52,354 nt of DNA from an uncultured Candidatus Saccharibacteria bacterium (lineage in GTDB: Bacteria; Patescibacteriota; Minisyncoccia; Phycocordibacterales; UBA9973). Location of the stretch: the NCBI GenBank assembly GCA_964618925.1, contig CAZUCZ010000001.1, forward strand, positions 1,464 to 53,817, in the 5' to 3' direction. Made by a program: the position numbers and the translations under genes. This document shows, one piece after another, positions 25,051-33,351 of this stretch (within the stretch, counting starts at the first letter, position 1; the number at the start of each line of letters is the position of its first letter). Under the pieces are notes generated by a model. It was not told where the DNA came from, made no database searches, and worked only from the letters and a program-made list of their open reading frames with translations.

Positions 25051-26079
25051 TTATTTTACAGGTTTTGGAAACGGTGGATAGATATCTTTATCTATCGTCC
25101 TTTCGAAACACGTCCTACCCACCCCATGTTCCCAAGACTGATTCATCCCCCCTTCAGTTGGATATGAAGACACTGCAACGTCACTTGCCATCATTGGCAT
25201 TACCCCGCCGTAGCCTTTGTATTCTCTCCAGCCCTTTGGTATTGGTAAATTAAAATCAGCACATAACTCAAACGTCAGAGGACCCTTCACCGCATACTCA
25301 TATGTCTTACCTTTTTCAAATTGAGGATCTACTGGTACCGCATATCCGGATAATGCATTTGATAGATCAGTAAGTTTTTCAGGCAAATGTTCTTTTTGTT
25401 GCCAATAGGTAATCACTTGGTATTGGATACTCTGGAGGTCTTGCATTCTCTTATCATCCAAACGCAAATCGCGTTGTTTCCATGGTGTACCGATCACAGT
25501 GAAGCTCCACACAATCACCGCTAAGACAATAATACTCGATTTAATAGCAGTCCAGGTGTTTACATTGAACCCTAAGATTGTTTCCTTGTGCTTCAATTTA
25601 CAAATAAAATATACGCCGACATAGAGCGCCGCTATTAATACTGCGACAACCTTTAAGATAAATCGTATTGTGATCTCACCTGAGACAAAGTACTGCACAA
25701 GTGCGACGAGGTCTATCGCAGTTACGAGTGCTGATAAAAACAATATAATATAGACGAGCCATTTCTTAACCATCTCATCTATTTTACTTATTTCATTTTT
25801 CAAATGTTTGTTCCAAAAATAAGACACGGTAAGGAGCACTGGAAAGAATATAATGAGGGTTGCGAGTGCAAATCTGATACCTTCGTAGTCATAGGTAGAA
25901 TAACCATATTGATAGCTTGCATTTAAAACATCCGGAAAACGCTTTTCGAGCGTTCCAAAAACAAGATTTAAAAAAGATACGACAGAAGTTATTAAAGTTA
26001 CGAGTAATCCTAAAGACAAGAAGAAGAAACTTACGTTCATCCTTGACTTATCCACTTGTAAATTTTGTTGTGTTTCCAT
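25051..26079 (-). CDS. DUF5671-like membrane protein
   Basis: Five or so TM helices, then a C-terminal soluble domain DLRLDDKRMQDLQSIQYQVITYWQQKEHLPEKLTDL. I remember this pattern from DUF5671 proteins common in CPR genomes. Confidence 0.5.
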   Translation of the reverse strand: METQQNLQVDKSRMNVSFFFLSLGLLVTLITSVVSFLNLVFGTLEKRFPDVLNASYQYGYSTYDYEGIRFALATLIIFFPVLLTVSYFWNKHLKNEISKIDEMVKKWLVYIILFLSALVTAIDLVALVQYFVSGEITIRFILKVVAVLIAALYVGVYFICKLKHKETILGFNVNTWTAIKSSIIVLAVIVWSFTVIGTPWKQRDLRLDDKRMQDLQSIQYQVITYWQQKEHLPEKLTDLSNALSGYAVPVDPQFEKGKTYEYAVKGPLTFELCADFNLPIPKGWREYKGYGGVMPMMASDVAVSSYPTEGGMNQSWEHGVGRTCFERTIDKDIYPPFPKPVK

Positions 26080-26126
26080 ATTTTATAATATATCATATAA
26101 AGATAAGTTAATACATACAACATTCT

Positions 26127-26756
26127 ATGAATAATAAATTTGACGATTTCTCTAAAAAATTGACTGCTTCAATAGGTTCTACGAAGTCGCTCGTAGTGCA
26201 TAGTATTTTCTTTGTAGGTATTTTTGCATTGCGTTTTTTTGGAGTCACTACTTCTGATATTTTGCTCATTTTGACCACCATCGTATCACTCGAAGCCATC
26301 TATCTATCGATTTTTATTCAGATCACTGTCAACCAACAGGGTCGTGAACTCGAAGAAGTGTCTGAAGACATCGAAGAAATCCAGAAAGATGTGGAAGAAA
26401 TTCAAGAAGACGTCGAAGAAGTGTCAGAGGACATCGATGAGATTCAGAAAGACGTGGAAGAAATTCAAGAAGATGTGGAAGAAGTTTCAGTAGATATTGA
26501 CGAGATTCAGAAAGACGTGGAAGGTGTATCAGAAGATATCGATGAGATTCAGAAAGACGTGGAGGAAATATCCGAAGAAGAGGAAGCTGAACAAAGAGAA
26601 GAACAACTCGAAGCACAAGTCGAAGCAGATAAATTCAAACATATCGAAGAAACTCTCCAGTCTCTCTTGCGTGAAGTTTCAAAACTCAAAAACGACAAAA
26701 AAGCACCTATGAAAATAACAGGTAAAACCAAAGCAAAATCGACTAAGAGAAAATGA
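26127..26756 (+). CDS. DUF1003-like two-TM protein with an acidic tandem-repeat tail
   Basis: The N-terminal 70 aa (two TM helices, LEAIYLSIFIQITVNQQGR) resemble DUF1003. Residues 76-155 are EEVSEDI(E/D)EIQKDVEEIQEDV-type repeats. Confidence 0.5.
   Translation: MNNKFDDFSKKLTASIGSTKSLVVHSIFFVGIFALRFFGVTTSDILLILTTIVSLEAIYLSIFIQITVNQQGRELEEVSEDIEEIQKDVEEIQEDVEEVSEDIDEIQKDVEEIQEDVEEVSVDIDEIQKDVEGVSEDIDEIQKDVEEISEEEEAEQREEQLEAQVEADKFKHIEETLQSLLREVSKLKNDKKAPMKITGKTKAKSTKRK
26352..26585 (+). repeat. In-frame tandem repeat (two 63-bp units, then degenerate 42-45-bp units) inside the DUF1003-like gene
   Basis: 26352-26414 and 26415-26477 are near-identical 63-mers. They are followed by partial copies encoding EEVSVDIDEIQKDVE / GVSEDIDEIQKDVE. 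Confidence 0.85.
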
Positions 26757-26932
26757 TGTTAATGAGCAATCCTCTACTACTTTGATTTTTTATAAATAAT
26801 TGCTAGGATATTTTTGGACAACCGAAGTACAAAGGTGTCAGGGCTCACTAGTAGGATGCCGAACCTATGAACACATGGTTTTTACCTTTTCCCTATATGT
26901 GGGAGGTGAACGCATTATCTAATGAGCAGTCC

Positions 26933-26967
26933 AAAGGCTGATGATCTAAGGATTATCAGCCTTTTTT
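26933..26967. terminator. Intrinsic terminator (stronger in the + orientation), overlapping the ychF stop codon
   Basis: AAAGGCTGAT-gatctaaggatt-ATCAGCCTTT followed by TTT. The six-T run at 26962-26967 spans the right arm and the start of the ychF stop codon. Confidence 0.7.
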
Positions 26968-27961
26968 AGACCAAGAATTCAATCACATCGCCATCTTTGA
27001 CGATATACTCTTTGCCTTCAGTGCGAACAAGCCCTTTCTCTCGTGCAACTTTGTATGATCCACACGCAAGTAGATCTTGCCAATTTATCACCTCGGCACG
27101 GATAAACCTATCCTTAAAATCATTGTGTATAGCTGCACCAGCTTCTGGAGCACTACTTTCTTTTTTGATTGTCCATGCGCGGGTTTCATCTTCACCAGTA
27201 GTGAAAAATGTTTCCAACCCAAGCAACTCATAACTTTTCTTGATTAAATCATTAAAACCTATTTCAAAAACAGGATCGATCTTTACATATAAAGCATCCC
27301 CTACATCTATAGGTATATTTTCATTGGCTTCCGAAGTATTCAGTGCATAGAGCATCGGCTTTAAGGTCAATAAATTGAGCGACTTAATACAGAAAAGTTC
27401 TTCTGAGGAAAGCCCTGCATATTTTGCGAGTTTACCTTCTTCTAAGACTTTCTCTACTTTTTTTAACACTGCTTCTTCTTTGATAGCTTCTTTATCATTT
27501 CGTTTTACATCCTTTGCTACGTTGGCTAGTCTCTTACTTACTGTTTCAAAATCAGCGAGCACAAGTTCGAGATTAATAACTCCGATATCTTGTGATGGAT
27601 CCACTTTGTTGTTGACATGGATCACTGAACTGTCTTCAAAGGTACGCACCATATGCAAGATCGCATCCACTTCGCGAATATTTGTTAAGAATTTATTACC
27701 GAGCCCTTCCCCCTTTGAAGCGCCCTCTACGAGTCCTGCGATATCTACAAACTCGACAACTGCGGGAATAGTTTTCTTTGATTTACTCATGTCAGAAAGC
27801 TTGCTCAGTCTTTCATCTGGCACCGGCACAATACCTACTGATGGATCAATAGTACAAAACGGATAATTTTCAGCTGGTACGCTTTTCTTTGTTAGTGCAT
27901 TAAATAAGGTCGATTTACCCACGTTTGGTAGACCAACTATGCCCACAGATAATTTACTCAT
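26966..27961 (-). CDS. ychF: Ribosome-binding ATPase YchF
   Basis: MSKLSVGIVGLPNVGKSTLFNALT (G1), DIAGLVEGASKGEGLGN and the C-terminal TGS-like GKEYIVKDGDVIEF. I chose the Met at 27961 because the longer ORF to 28018 adds a non-conserved leader and overlaps the pfkB start. Confidence 0.85.
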   Translation of the reverse strand: MSKLSVGIVGLPNVGKSTLFNALTKKSVPAENYPFCTIDPSVGIVPVPDERLSKLSDMSKSKKTIPAVVEFVDIAGLVEGASKGEGLGNKFLTNIREVDAILHMVRTFEDSSVIHVNNKVDPSQDIGVINLELVLADFETVSKRLANVAKDVKRNDKEAIKEEAVLKKVEKVLEEGKLAKYAGLSSEELFCIKSLNLLTLKPMLYALNTSEANENIPIDVGDALYVKIDPVFEIGFNDLIKKSYELLGLETFFTTGEDETRAWTIKKESSAPEAGAAIHNDFKDRFIRAEVINWQDLLACGSYKVAREKGLVRTEGKEYIVKDGDVIEFLV

Positions 27962-28016
27962 AAAAATGAGTATAGTACAATTTTGCAAAAATTTCACTAC
28001 GGGGTACAATAACCAC

Positions 28017-29009
28017 ATGGAAAAAATAGATTTTTTAGCGATTGGAGATATTGTTATTGACGCGTTTATTAAATTAAAAGACGCTCATGTTAACTGCAAA
28101 ATTGATACAGATGCATGCGAGCTCTGTGTACGATTCGGAGACAAAGTACCATACGAATCTGTGACTATAGTACCTGCAGTGGGAAACAGCCCAAACGCTG
28201 CAGTATCTGCTGCACGACTTGGACTCAACACAGGACTCATTAGTAATATCGGTGATGACCAACATGGTACAGAATGCTTAGACGCACTAAAAGCAAATGG
28301 AGTGAGTACAGAACACATCGCCATAGAACCCGGTAAGACAACAAACTATCATTATGTACTCTGGTACGACGTAGATCGTACGATACTTATCAAACATACT
28401 GCCTTTGACTATAGGCTCCCTACCCTACCCGAAGTATCTTGGATGTATTTGAGTTCTCTCGCCGACAACACCTTACCCTATCATTTAGAAATAGCAGAAT
28501 TTTTAAAAACTCATCCAGAGACAAAGCTCGCCTTTCAGCCAGGAACATTCCAAATCAAACTTGGCACAGACACACTCAAGAACATCTACGCACACACAGA
28601 AATATTTTTCTGTAATCTCGAAGAAGCAGCGAAAATATTACAGATCGAAAATAAAGACGTACTTACCCTTTCAAAGGGTATCCAAGCACTGGGACCCAAA
28701 ATAGTATCTATTAGTGATGGACCCCACGGGGCATATGTATATGTAAATGACGAGCTCTGGCACCTTCCGGTGTATCCTGATATTGCCCCGCCGGTCGACC
28801 GTACGGGTGCAGGAGATGCATTTGCATCTACTTTTACGGCAGGACTGGCACTCGGTATGACACCTATCGACGCATTCGCCTGGGGACCGATAAACTCCAT
28901 GTCTGTCGTTCAAGAAATAGGTGCCCAAAAAGGACTCCTCTCCAAAGAGAAAATACTTGAATACCTCAAAAACGCTCCTGCAGAATACAAAGCTAAAAAA
29001 ATAAATTAA
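28017..29009 (+). CDS. Carbohydrate kinase, PfkB/ribokinase family
   Basis: MEKIDFLAIGDIVIDAF and the C-terminal DRTGAGDAFASTFTAGLALG signature. Start chosen at the Met preceding the conserved N-terminus. Confidence 0.8.
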   Translation: MEKIDFLAIGDIVIDAFIKLKDAHVNCKIDTDACELCVRFGDKVPYESVTIVPAVGNSPNAAVSAARLGLNTGLISNIGDDQHGTECLDALKANGVSTEHIAIEPGKTTNYHYVLWYDVDRTILIKHTAFDYRLPTLPEVSWMYLSSLADNTLPYHLEIAEFLKTHPETKLAFQPGTFQIKLGTDTLKNIYAHTEIFFCNLEEAAKILQIENKDVLTLSKGIQALGPKIVSISDGPHGAYVYVNDELWHLPVYPDIAPPVDRTGAGDAFASTFTAGLALGMTPIDAFAWGPINSMSVVQEIGAQKGLLSKEKILEYLKNAPAEYKAKKIN

Positions 29010-29011
29010 CT

Positions 29012-30178
29012 ATGGAAAAAGGCAATATTCAATTCATAGATCCAGAGAAAGAGGCATCAATCAAAGATATTGATCAAGCCTTCGTGGCAAAAGATTTCTT
29101 GGTAGACGCAGATATTGATCTCATGGCTACGTCTATTGCAGAGAGCATCAAAAATAAATTAACTGACAAATCCACAGAAGAAGACATCATCGCAATTATA
29201 AACACCCTCGATGCAGAACAGATATTAAACAACAATGATTTATTTACACAGTCTGGGATGCGTTTATCAAATACTAAAGACCTAAAAAACATAACCGTGA
29301 CCTGGGTAGATGCAAATCATGCTAGAAAAACGGAAATAATAGAAGCAGCGGATCTTGAACCATTTCTTTCACATATTAAGTCGATGGTGCTGGACAAGCT
29401 TGCAAGTTTTCTACCAAAAAATATCAATGCAGAAATAATTAAAAGTAGGTTTGGTAAAAGAGTATTTCAACTAGAAAATAAGAAAGTACTGAAAAACCCG
29501 ATAATCTCGCCAAGTATTAATGATTCTCACACTGAAAATTCTTTACTTGATGAATATGATAGATCTCACATAGAAGCACTGGATTTCTTGCATAGCATAC
29601 CAGAAAATGAACGGAGTCCATATATCTCTTTTGACTCAGAAAAGATAGATACGAAAAATGCAAGAATTATAAAACAAAATATTAAGTTGGATAACTTATT
29701 GCAAATAATAGATTCTAATCATAAACCAAAGCTTACAAAAATGATAGATTATTTTATAGATATACTCAAAGGACATGAATTTCTCATTGCTCACGATTTA
29801 TTTTTAACAGATAATGCCCTGAAAAATTTGGGTGTAAACCTAGATACAGATACTGGTATATTGTTCGATTTTGATGGCTTAGAAAAAAAAGGTGTTGAAG
29901 CAAGATATATCCATCATCGAGGATGCCTACCCCCAGAAAGAACCGGTATTCCTCTGGCTCCTATCACTGAAGCTAATATTGTATATGAATTGGGTCTAAG
30001 CCTACAAGGAATCATGCCAGAATATCTACTTGACGATACAGGGCTTATCAGACCTGAGTTTACCAAAAATGAAATCATAAATTTTATAGATAACATGACT
30101 GACAAGGATCCAAAAAAGAGACCTACAATAAAACAAATAATCAGTGAGCTAGAAAAATTTAAAGGTGAAATACAGTAG
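29012..30178 (+). CDS. Hypothetical protein with a protein-kinase-like C-lobe
   Basis: Residues about 255-385: IAHDLFLTDN (HxD..N-like), LFDFDG (DFG-like), PPER (APE-like), NIVYELG (DxWSxG-like), DKDPKKRPT (subdomain XI). No Gly-rich loop recognised in the N-terminal 240 aa. Confidence 0.45.
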   Translation: MEKGNIQFIDPEKEASIKDIDQAFVAKDFLVDADIDLMATSIAESIKNKLTDKSTEEDIIAIINTLDAEQILNNNDLFTQSGMRLSNTKDLKNITVTWVDANHARKTEIIEAADLEPFLSHIKSMVLDKLASFLPKNINAEIIKSRFGKRVFQLENKKVLKNPIISPSINDSHTENSLLDEYDRSHIEALDFLHSIPENERSPYISFDSEKIDTKNARIIKQNIKLDNLLQIIDSNHKPKLTKMIDYFIDILKGHEFLIAHDLFLTDNALKNLGVNLDTDTGILFDFDGLEKKGVEARYIHHRGCLPPERTGIPLAPITEANIVYELGLSLQGIMPEYLLDDTGLIRPEFTKNEIINFIDNMTDKDPKKRPTIKQIISELEKFKGEIQ

Positions 30179-30193
30179 AAAGAATTTTTAAAT

Positions 30194-31192
30194 TCAAATT
30201 TTCTTCGCTAAAACTTTTTTCACCGCTTCTTTGATAGATTCTTTGCCCATGCCGTAATACTCAATAAGCTCTTCTGGTGTACCGCTCTGACCAAATTTAT
30301 CTTTCACTCCGACGAATTCCATCGGCACAGGATAATGCTGTGCTAATACCTCAGCAACTGCCGAACCCATGCCTCCAGCGATCTGATGCTCTTCGACTGT
30401 GACGATTTTTTTTGTTTCTTTTGCAAGAGAAACTACTCCTTCTACATCTATCGGTTTAATAGTTGGAAGATTCATAACTTTTGTTTTAATACCTTCTCCT
30501 TCAAGTTCTTTTGCCGCAACGAGAGCCTTGTACATAAGTCCACCAGTAACAATAATGCCAACCTCCGCTACTCCCACATCGGGCATCCAAAAAATTTCTG
30601 CCTTACCGATAGTAAAGGGTGTTTCTTCTGTGGTAATAATAGGTGTCTTTTCGCGAGCAAGGCGGAGATATGCAGGCTTACTGCTCGTAGCGAGTGTGAG
30701 CGTAGCTTTTTTTGCTTCGATACTATCACATGGAGATAGCACAGTCATATTTGGAATCATACGCATGAGCGCGATGTCTTCGAGCGCTTGGTGCGTACCA
30801 CCATCAGGTCCAACAGAGATCCCAGCATGTGATCCTACTATCTTTACAGGTCTGTCGTTGTATGCGATGGTCGTTCGAATCTGCTCCCAATTTCTCCCAG
30901 GAGAAAACATCGCGTACGAAGAACAAAAAGGAATCTTACCCATGGCTGCCATACCAGATGCCACTGTTACAAGGTTTTGCTCAGCGACACCGACTTCGAT
31001 AAAACGCTCAGGGAATTTTTCTTTGAAAAAGTTCATCTGAGTAGACTCAGTGAGATCAGCACACAGTGCCACCACATTTACATCTTTTTCTCCCGCTAAG
31101 ACTAAACCCTGCCCAAATCCTTTGCGGATTGGTGCCTGTTCCACATCGTCATTAAAAAGCTTTGTATTTAATTTTAAATTTGGGTTTAACAT
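30194..31192 (-). CDS. Transketolase, C-terminal subunit (split tkt)
   Basis: The pyrimidine-binding and C-terminal domains: FIEVGVAEQNLVTVASGMA, HAGISVGPDGGTHQALEDIALMR. Confidence 0.9.
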   Translation of the reverse strand: MLNPNLKLNTKLFNDDVEQAPIRKGFGQGLVLAGEKDVNVVALCADLTESTQMNFFKEKFPERFIEVGVAEQNLVTVASGMAAMGKIPFCSSYAMFSPGRNWEQIRTTIAYNDRPVKIVGSHAGISVGPDGGTHQALEDIALMRMIPNMTVLSPCDSIEAKKATLTLATSSKPAYLRLAREKTPIITTEETPFTIGKAEIFWMPDVGVAEVGIIVTGGLMYKALVAAKELEGEGIKTKVMNLPTIKPIDVEGVVSLAKETKKIVTVEEHQIAGGMGSAVAEVLAQHYPVPMEFVGVKDKFGQSGTPEELIEYYGMGKESIKEAVKKVLAKKI

Positions 31193-31207
31193 TGATTATG
31201 TAAAGTC

Positions 31208-32086
31208 TTACTGATGCTCGCTTTGAATTTTACCACCGAGGGTGCGCAATTCATCTAAGGCATGTTTATAATCTTCCTTTGCTTTACCACTATTTGGATC
31301 ATAGCCATGCCATTTATAATCTCGTTCAAATTCATGCACACCTTTACCTGGTATGGTGTGCGCGATAAGCACAATTGGCTTACCGTACATGGCTTGTGCC
31401 TCTTGCACGGCTTCATTTAATGCTGCAAAGTCATGTCCGCTTACCTCTATCACATGCCAATTGAACGCTCTCCATTTATCGGGAAGTGAATTGAGGGGCA
31501 TAATGTCTTCGGTAAAACCGTCGATCTGAATATTGTTTCTATCCACAATGGCGATCAAGTTACGAAGTTTATTTTTCCCGGCAAGCATGATAGCTTCCCA
31601 ATTATTCCCTTCATCGAGCTCACCATCACCAAGGAAACAATATATAAATCTATCTTTATCTTTTTTATCTATGCGGTCTGCAAGTGCCATACCCACCGCT
31701 TGTGAAAGCCCAGAGCCGAGTGGTCCAGAGCTATTTTCGAGGTATGGTAAATATTCCCGATGTGGATGCCCTTGAAGCCTGGAACCAAGTTTGCGCAATG
31801 TTTTTAATTCTTCTAGTGGAAAATATCCTGCATGTGCCATCGTCGCATACAAGACCGGGCATATGTGCCCATTTGAGAGAATCAGTCTATCACGCTCTGC
31901 CCAGGTCGGATTCTTAGGATCGTGTTTTAATACATGAAAATAAAAAAGAGTGAATATGTCTGCCATACCGAGTGGACCAGCAGTGTGCCCACTGCCCGCT
32001 TCGATAAGCATTTCTATGATGCTCTTCCTGATATCGTTGGCTTTGAGTTCGAGTTCTTTGATTTTTGAGTCAGATAAAAATGCCAT
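31208..32086 (-). CDS. Transketolase, N-terminal (TPP-binding) subunit (split tkt)
   Basis: GSGHTAGPLGMADIF, SNGH, and GDGELDEGNNWEA (TPP/Mg motif GDG..E.N). Confidence 0.9.
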   Translation of the reverse strand: MAFLSDSKIKELELKANDIRKSIIEMLIEAGSGHTAGPLGMADIFTLFYFHVLKHDPKNPTWAERDRLILSNGHICPVLYATMAHAGYFPLEELKTLRKLGSRLQGHPHREYLPYLENSSGPLGSGLSQAVGMALADRIDKKDKDRFIYCFLGDGELDEGNNWEAIMLAGKNKLRNLIAIVDRNNIQIDGFTEDIMPLNSLPDKWRAFNWHVIEVSGHDFAALNEAVQEAQAMYGKPIVLIAHTIPGKGVHEFERDYKWHGYDPNSGKAKEDYKHALDELRTLGGKIQSEHQ

Positions 32087-32131
32087 ACTATAATTATAAC
32101 ATTTTTAGAAAAACGTAGTAAGTAAAAATAC

Positions 32132-32848
32132 TTATATATTCTTAAAATCCTCTATCGTAGAGACAATATCATCAGTCTTGAAAATAGCTGACCCTGCCAC
32201 CAGCCGATCCACACCCACATCACGAAGCTTAAATACAGATTCTTTATTTACTCCGCCGTCAACTGAAATTATCATCCCCGGCGAGTGCGCTTTTATTTTT
32301 TGTATATGTTCGAGACACTTCTCGCTAAATTCTTCACCTTGAAATCCAATACGCTCGATACCCATAACTTGTACAAAATCAATAGTATTGAGTAATGGGA
32401 AAATTTGCTCGACAGGGGTGGTGGGGTTAATCGCCACTCCTATCTCTATGACGTCTCGTACATATGTATCTATACCCTCGAGGAAGTTCTTGAATTCTTC
32501 TCGGTCTGATACTGATTCTAAGTGAAACACAATTCTCTTTGGTCCGAGCTTGGTGTAAATATCAAAATTCTCAATTACGTTTGCCACCATGAGGTCGAGC
32601 TCGAAATCGATATCCTCCCAAAATGGCATTCCTTCTCTTTCATTCAAAATAGCTAAAAAATGTTTATCGAAATCATTGGCTAGAAATTCTTCCTCTTGAG
32701 CGGAAGCAAAAAAAGGCCAGGTGATATTTTTAACAAAAATGCCATCACAAATATCTACTTGTATCAGAGGCACAAAGCCGCGTACGAGGGAGATATGATT
32801 CTTTAGATCTTCATAATTTTTAGGTAGTACTGCAGGAATTATTTCCAT
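32132..32848 (-). CDS. Ribulose-phosphate 3-epimerase-like protein
   Basis: MEIIPAVLP..., VDICDGIFVKN, ISVDGGVN and VAGSAIF match Rpe landmarks, with extra loops. Start placed at the Met at 32848, because the longer ORF would overlap rpiB by about 150 nt. Confidence 0.65.
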   Translation of the reverse strand: MEIIPAVLPKNYEDLKNHISLVRGFVPLIQVDICDGIFVKNITWPFFASAQEEEFLANDFDKHFLAILNEREGMPFWEDIDFELDLMVANVIENFDIYTKLGPKRIVFHLESVSDREEFKNFLEGIDTYVRDVIEIGVAINPTTPVEQIFPLLNTIDFVQVMGIERIGFQGEEFSEKCLEHIQKIKAHSPGMIISVDGGVNKESVFKLRDVGVDRLVAGSAIFKTDDIVSTIEDFKNI

Positions 32849-32849
32849 T

Positions 32850-33347
32850 TTATTTTTTATCGATTTTGTTAATGCGACGTACGTGTCGTGCGTCATTTGA
32901 AAACTCTGTCTTGAGAAAAAGTTCACTTGCAAACTTGGCAGCATCATCAGACACAAAACGCACCCCGATAGATAAGACATTTGCATTATTGTGTTCACGT
33001 TCGAGTTTTACGATTTCAAATGAATCTACACTTTTGTCGCCATTGATATCGACTGCGCCCTGCGGCAGCATCTCTCCATAAAAGACTACCGCACGCACAC
33101 CCGGCACTCTATTAGCAACGATGGCTTCGCCTTGCCCTGAGCCACCGAGTATAATCCCAAAACTCCCTTCGTCACCTGAAACAGCTTCGGCAACAGGACG
33201 TATGAAATCTGGGTAATCATCGTCTTCATCATAATGTACTGGACCCTTGTCGATGACTTCATACCCAAGTCCGAGTTCTGGTAAATATGTTTTAATTTTT
33301 TCTTTAAGATCATACCCTGCATGATCTGATCCGATGTAAATTTTCAT
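32850..33347 (-). CDS. rpiB: Ribose-5-phosphate isomerase B
   Basis: MKIYIGSDHAGYDLKEKI..., GILLGGSGQGEAIVANR-type core (ILGGSGQGEAIVANRVPGVRA). Confidence 0.9.
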   Translation of the reverse strand: MKIYIGSDHAGYDLKEKIKTYLPELGLGYEVIDKGPVHYDEDDDYPDFIRPVAEAVSGDEGSFGIILGGSGQGEAIVANRVPGVRAVVFYGEMLPQGAVDINGDKSVDSFEIVKLEREHNNANVLSIGVRFVSDDAAKFASELFLKTEFSNDARHVRRINKIDKK

Positions 33348-33351
33348 AATT

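Noticed and set aside
26352-26585. Regularly spaced repeats that could at first glance be taken for a CRISPR array.
   Set aside because: The units are directly tandem with no unique spacers. They are in frame within a continuous ORF, encode an acidic peptide repeat, and have no palindromic repeat core or cas genes nearby.
26800-26935. A possible SRP (4.5S) or 6S RNA in the DUF1003-ychF spacer, suggested by a GGTGTCAGG segment.
   Set aside because: The conserved SRP domain IV sequence (GGAA-type tetraloop with the flanking AGCA/GGAAGCAG symmetric loop) is absent. I could not build the long closing helix and central bubble of a 6S RNA either. It is kept only as an unclassified candidate in the findings.
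27962-28018. N-terminal extensions in the ORF track. The ychF extension reaches 28018, the pfkB extension starts at 27939, the rpe-like extension reaches 32998, the pth extension reaches 38690 and the lepB extension starts at 38752.
   Set aside because: The extensions are non-conserved, often hydrophobic junk. They start at alternative codons (TTG/GTG) and would create long overlaps with neighbouring genes. Internal ATG codons coincide with the conserved protein N-termini.
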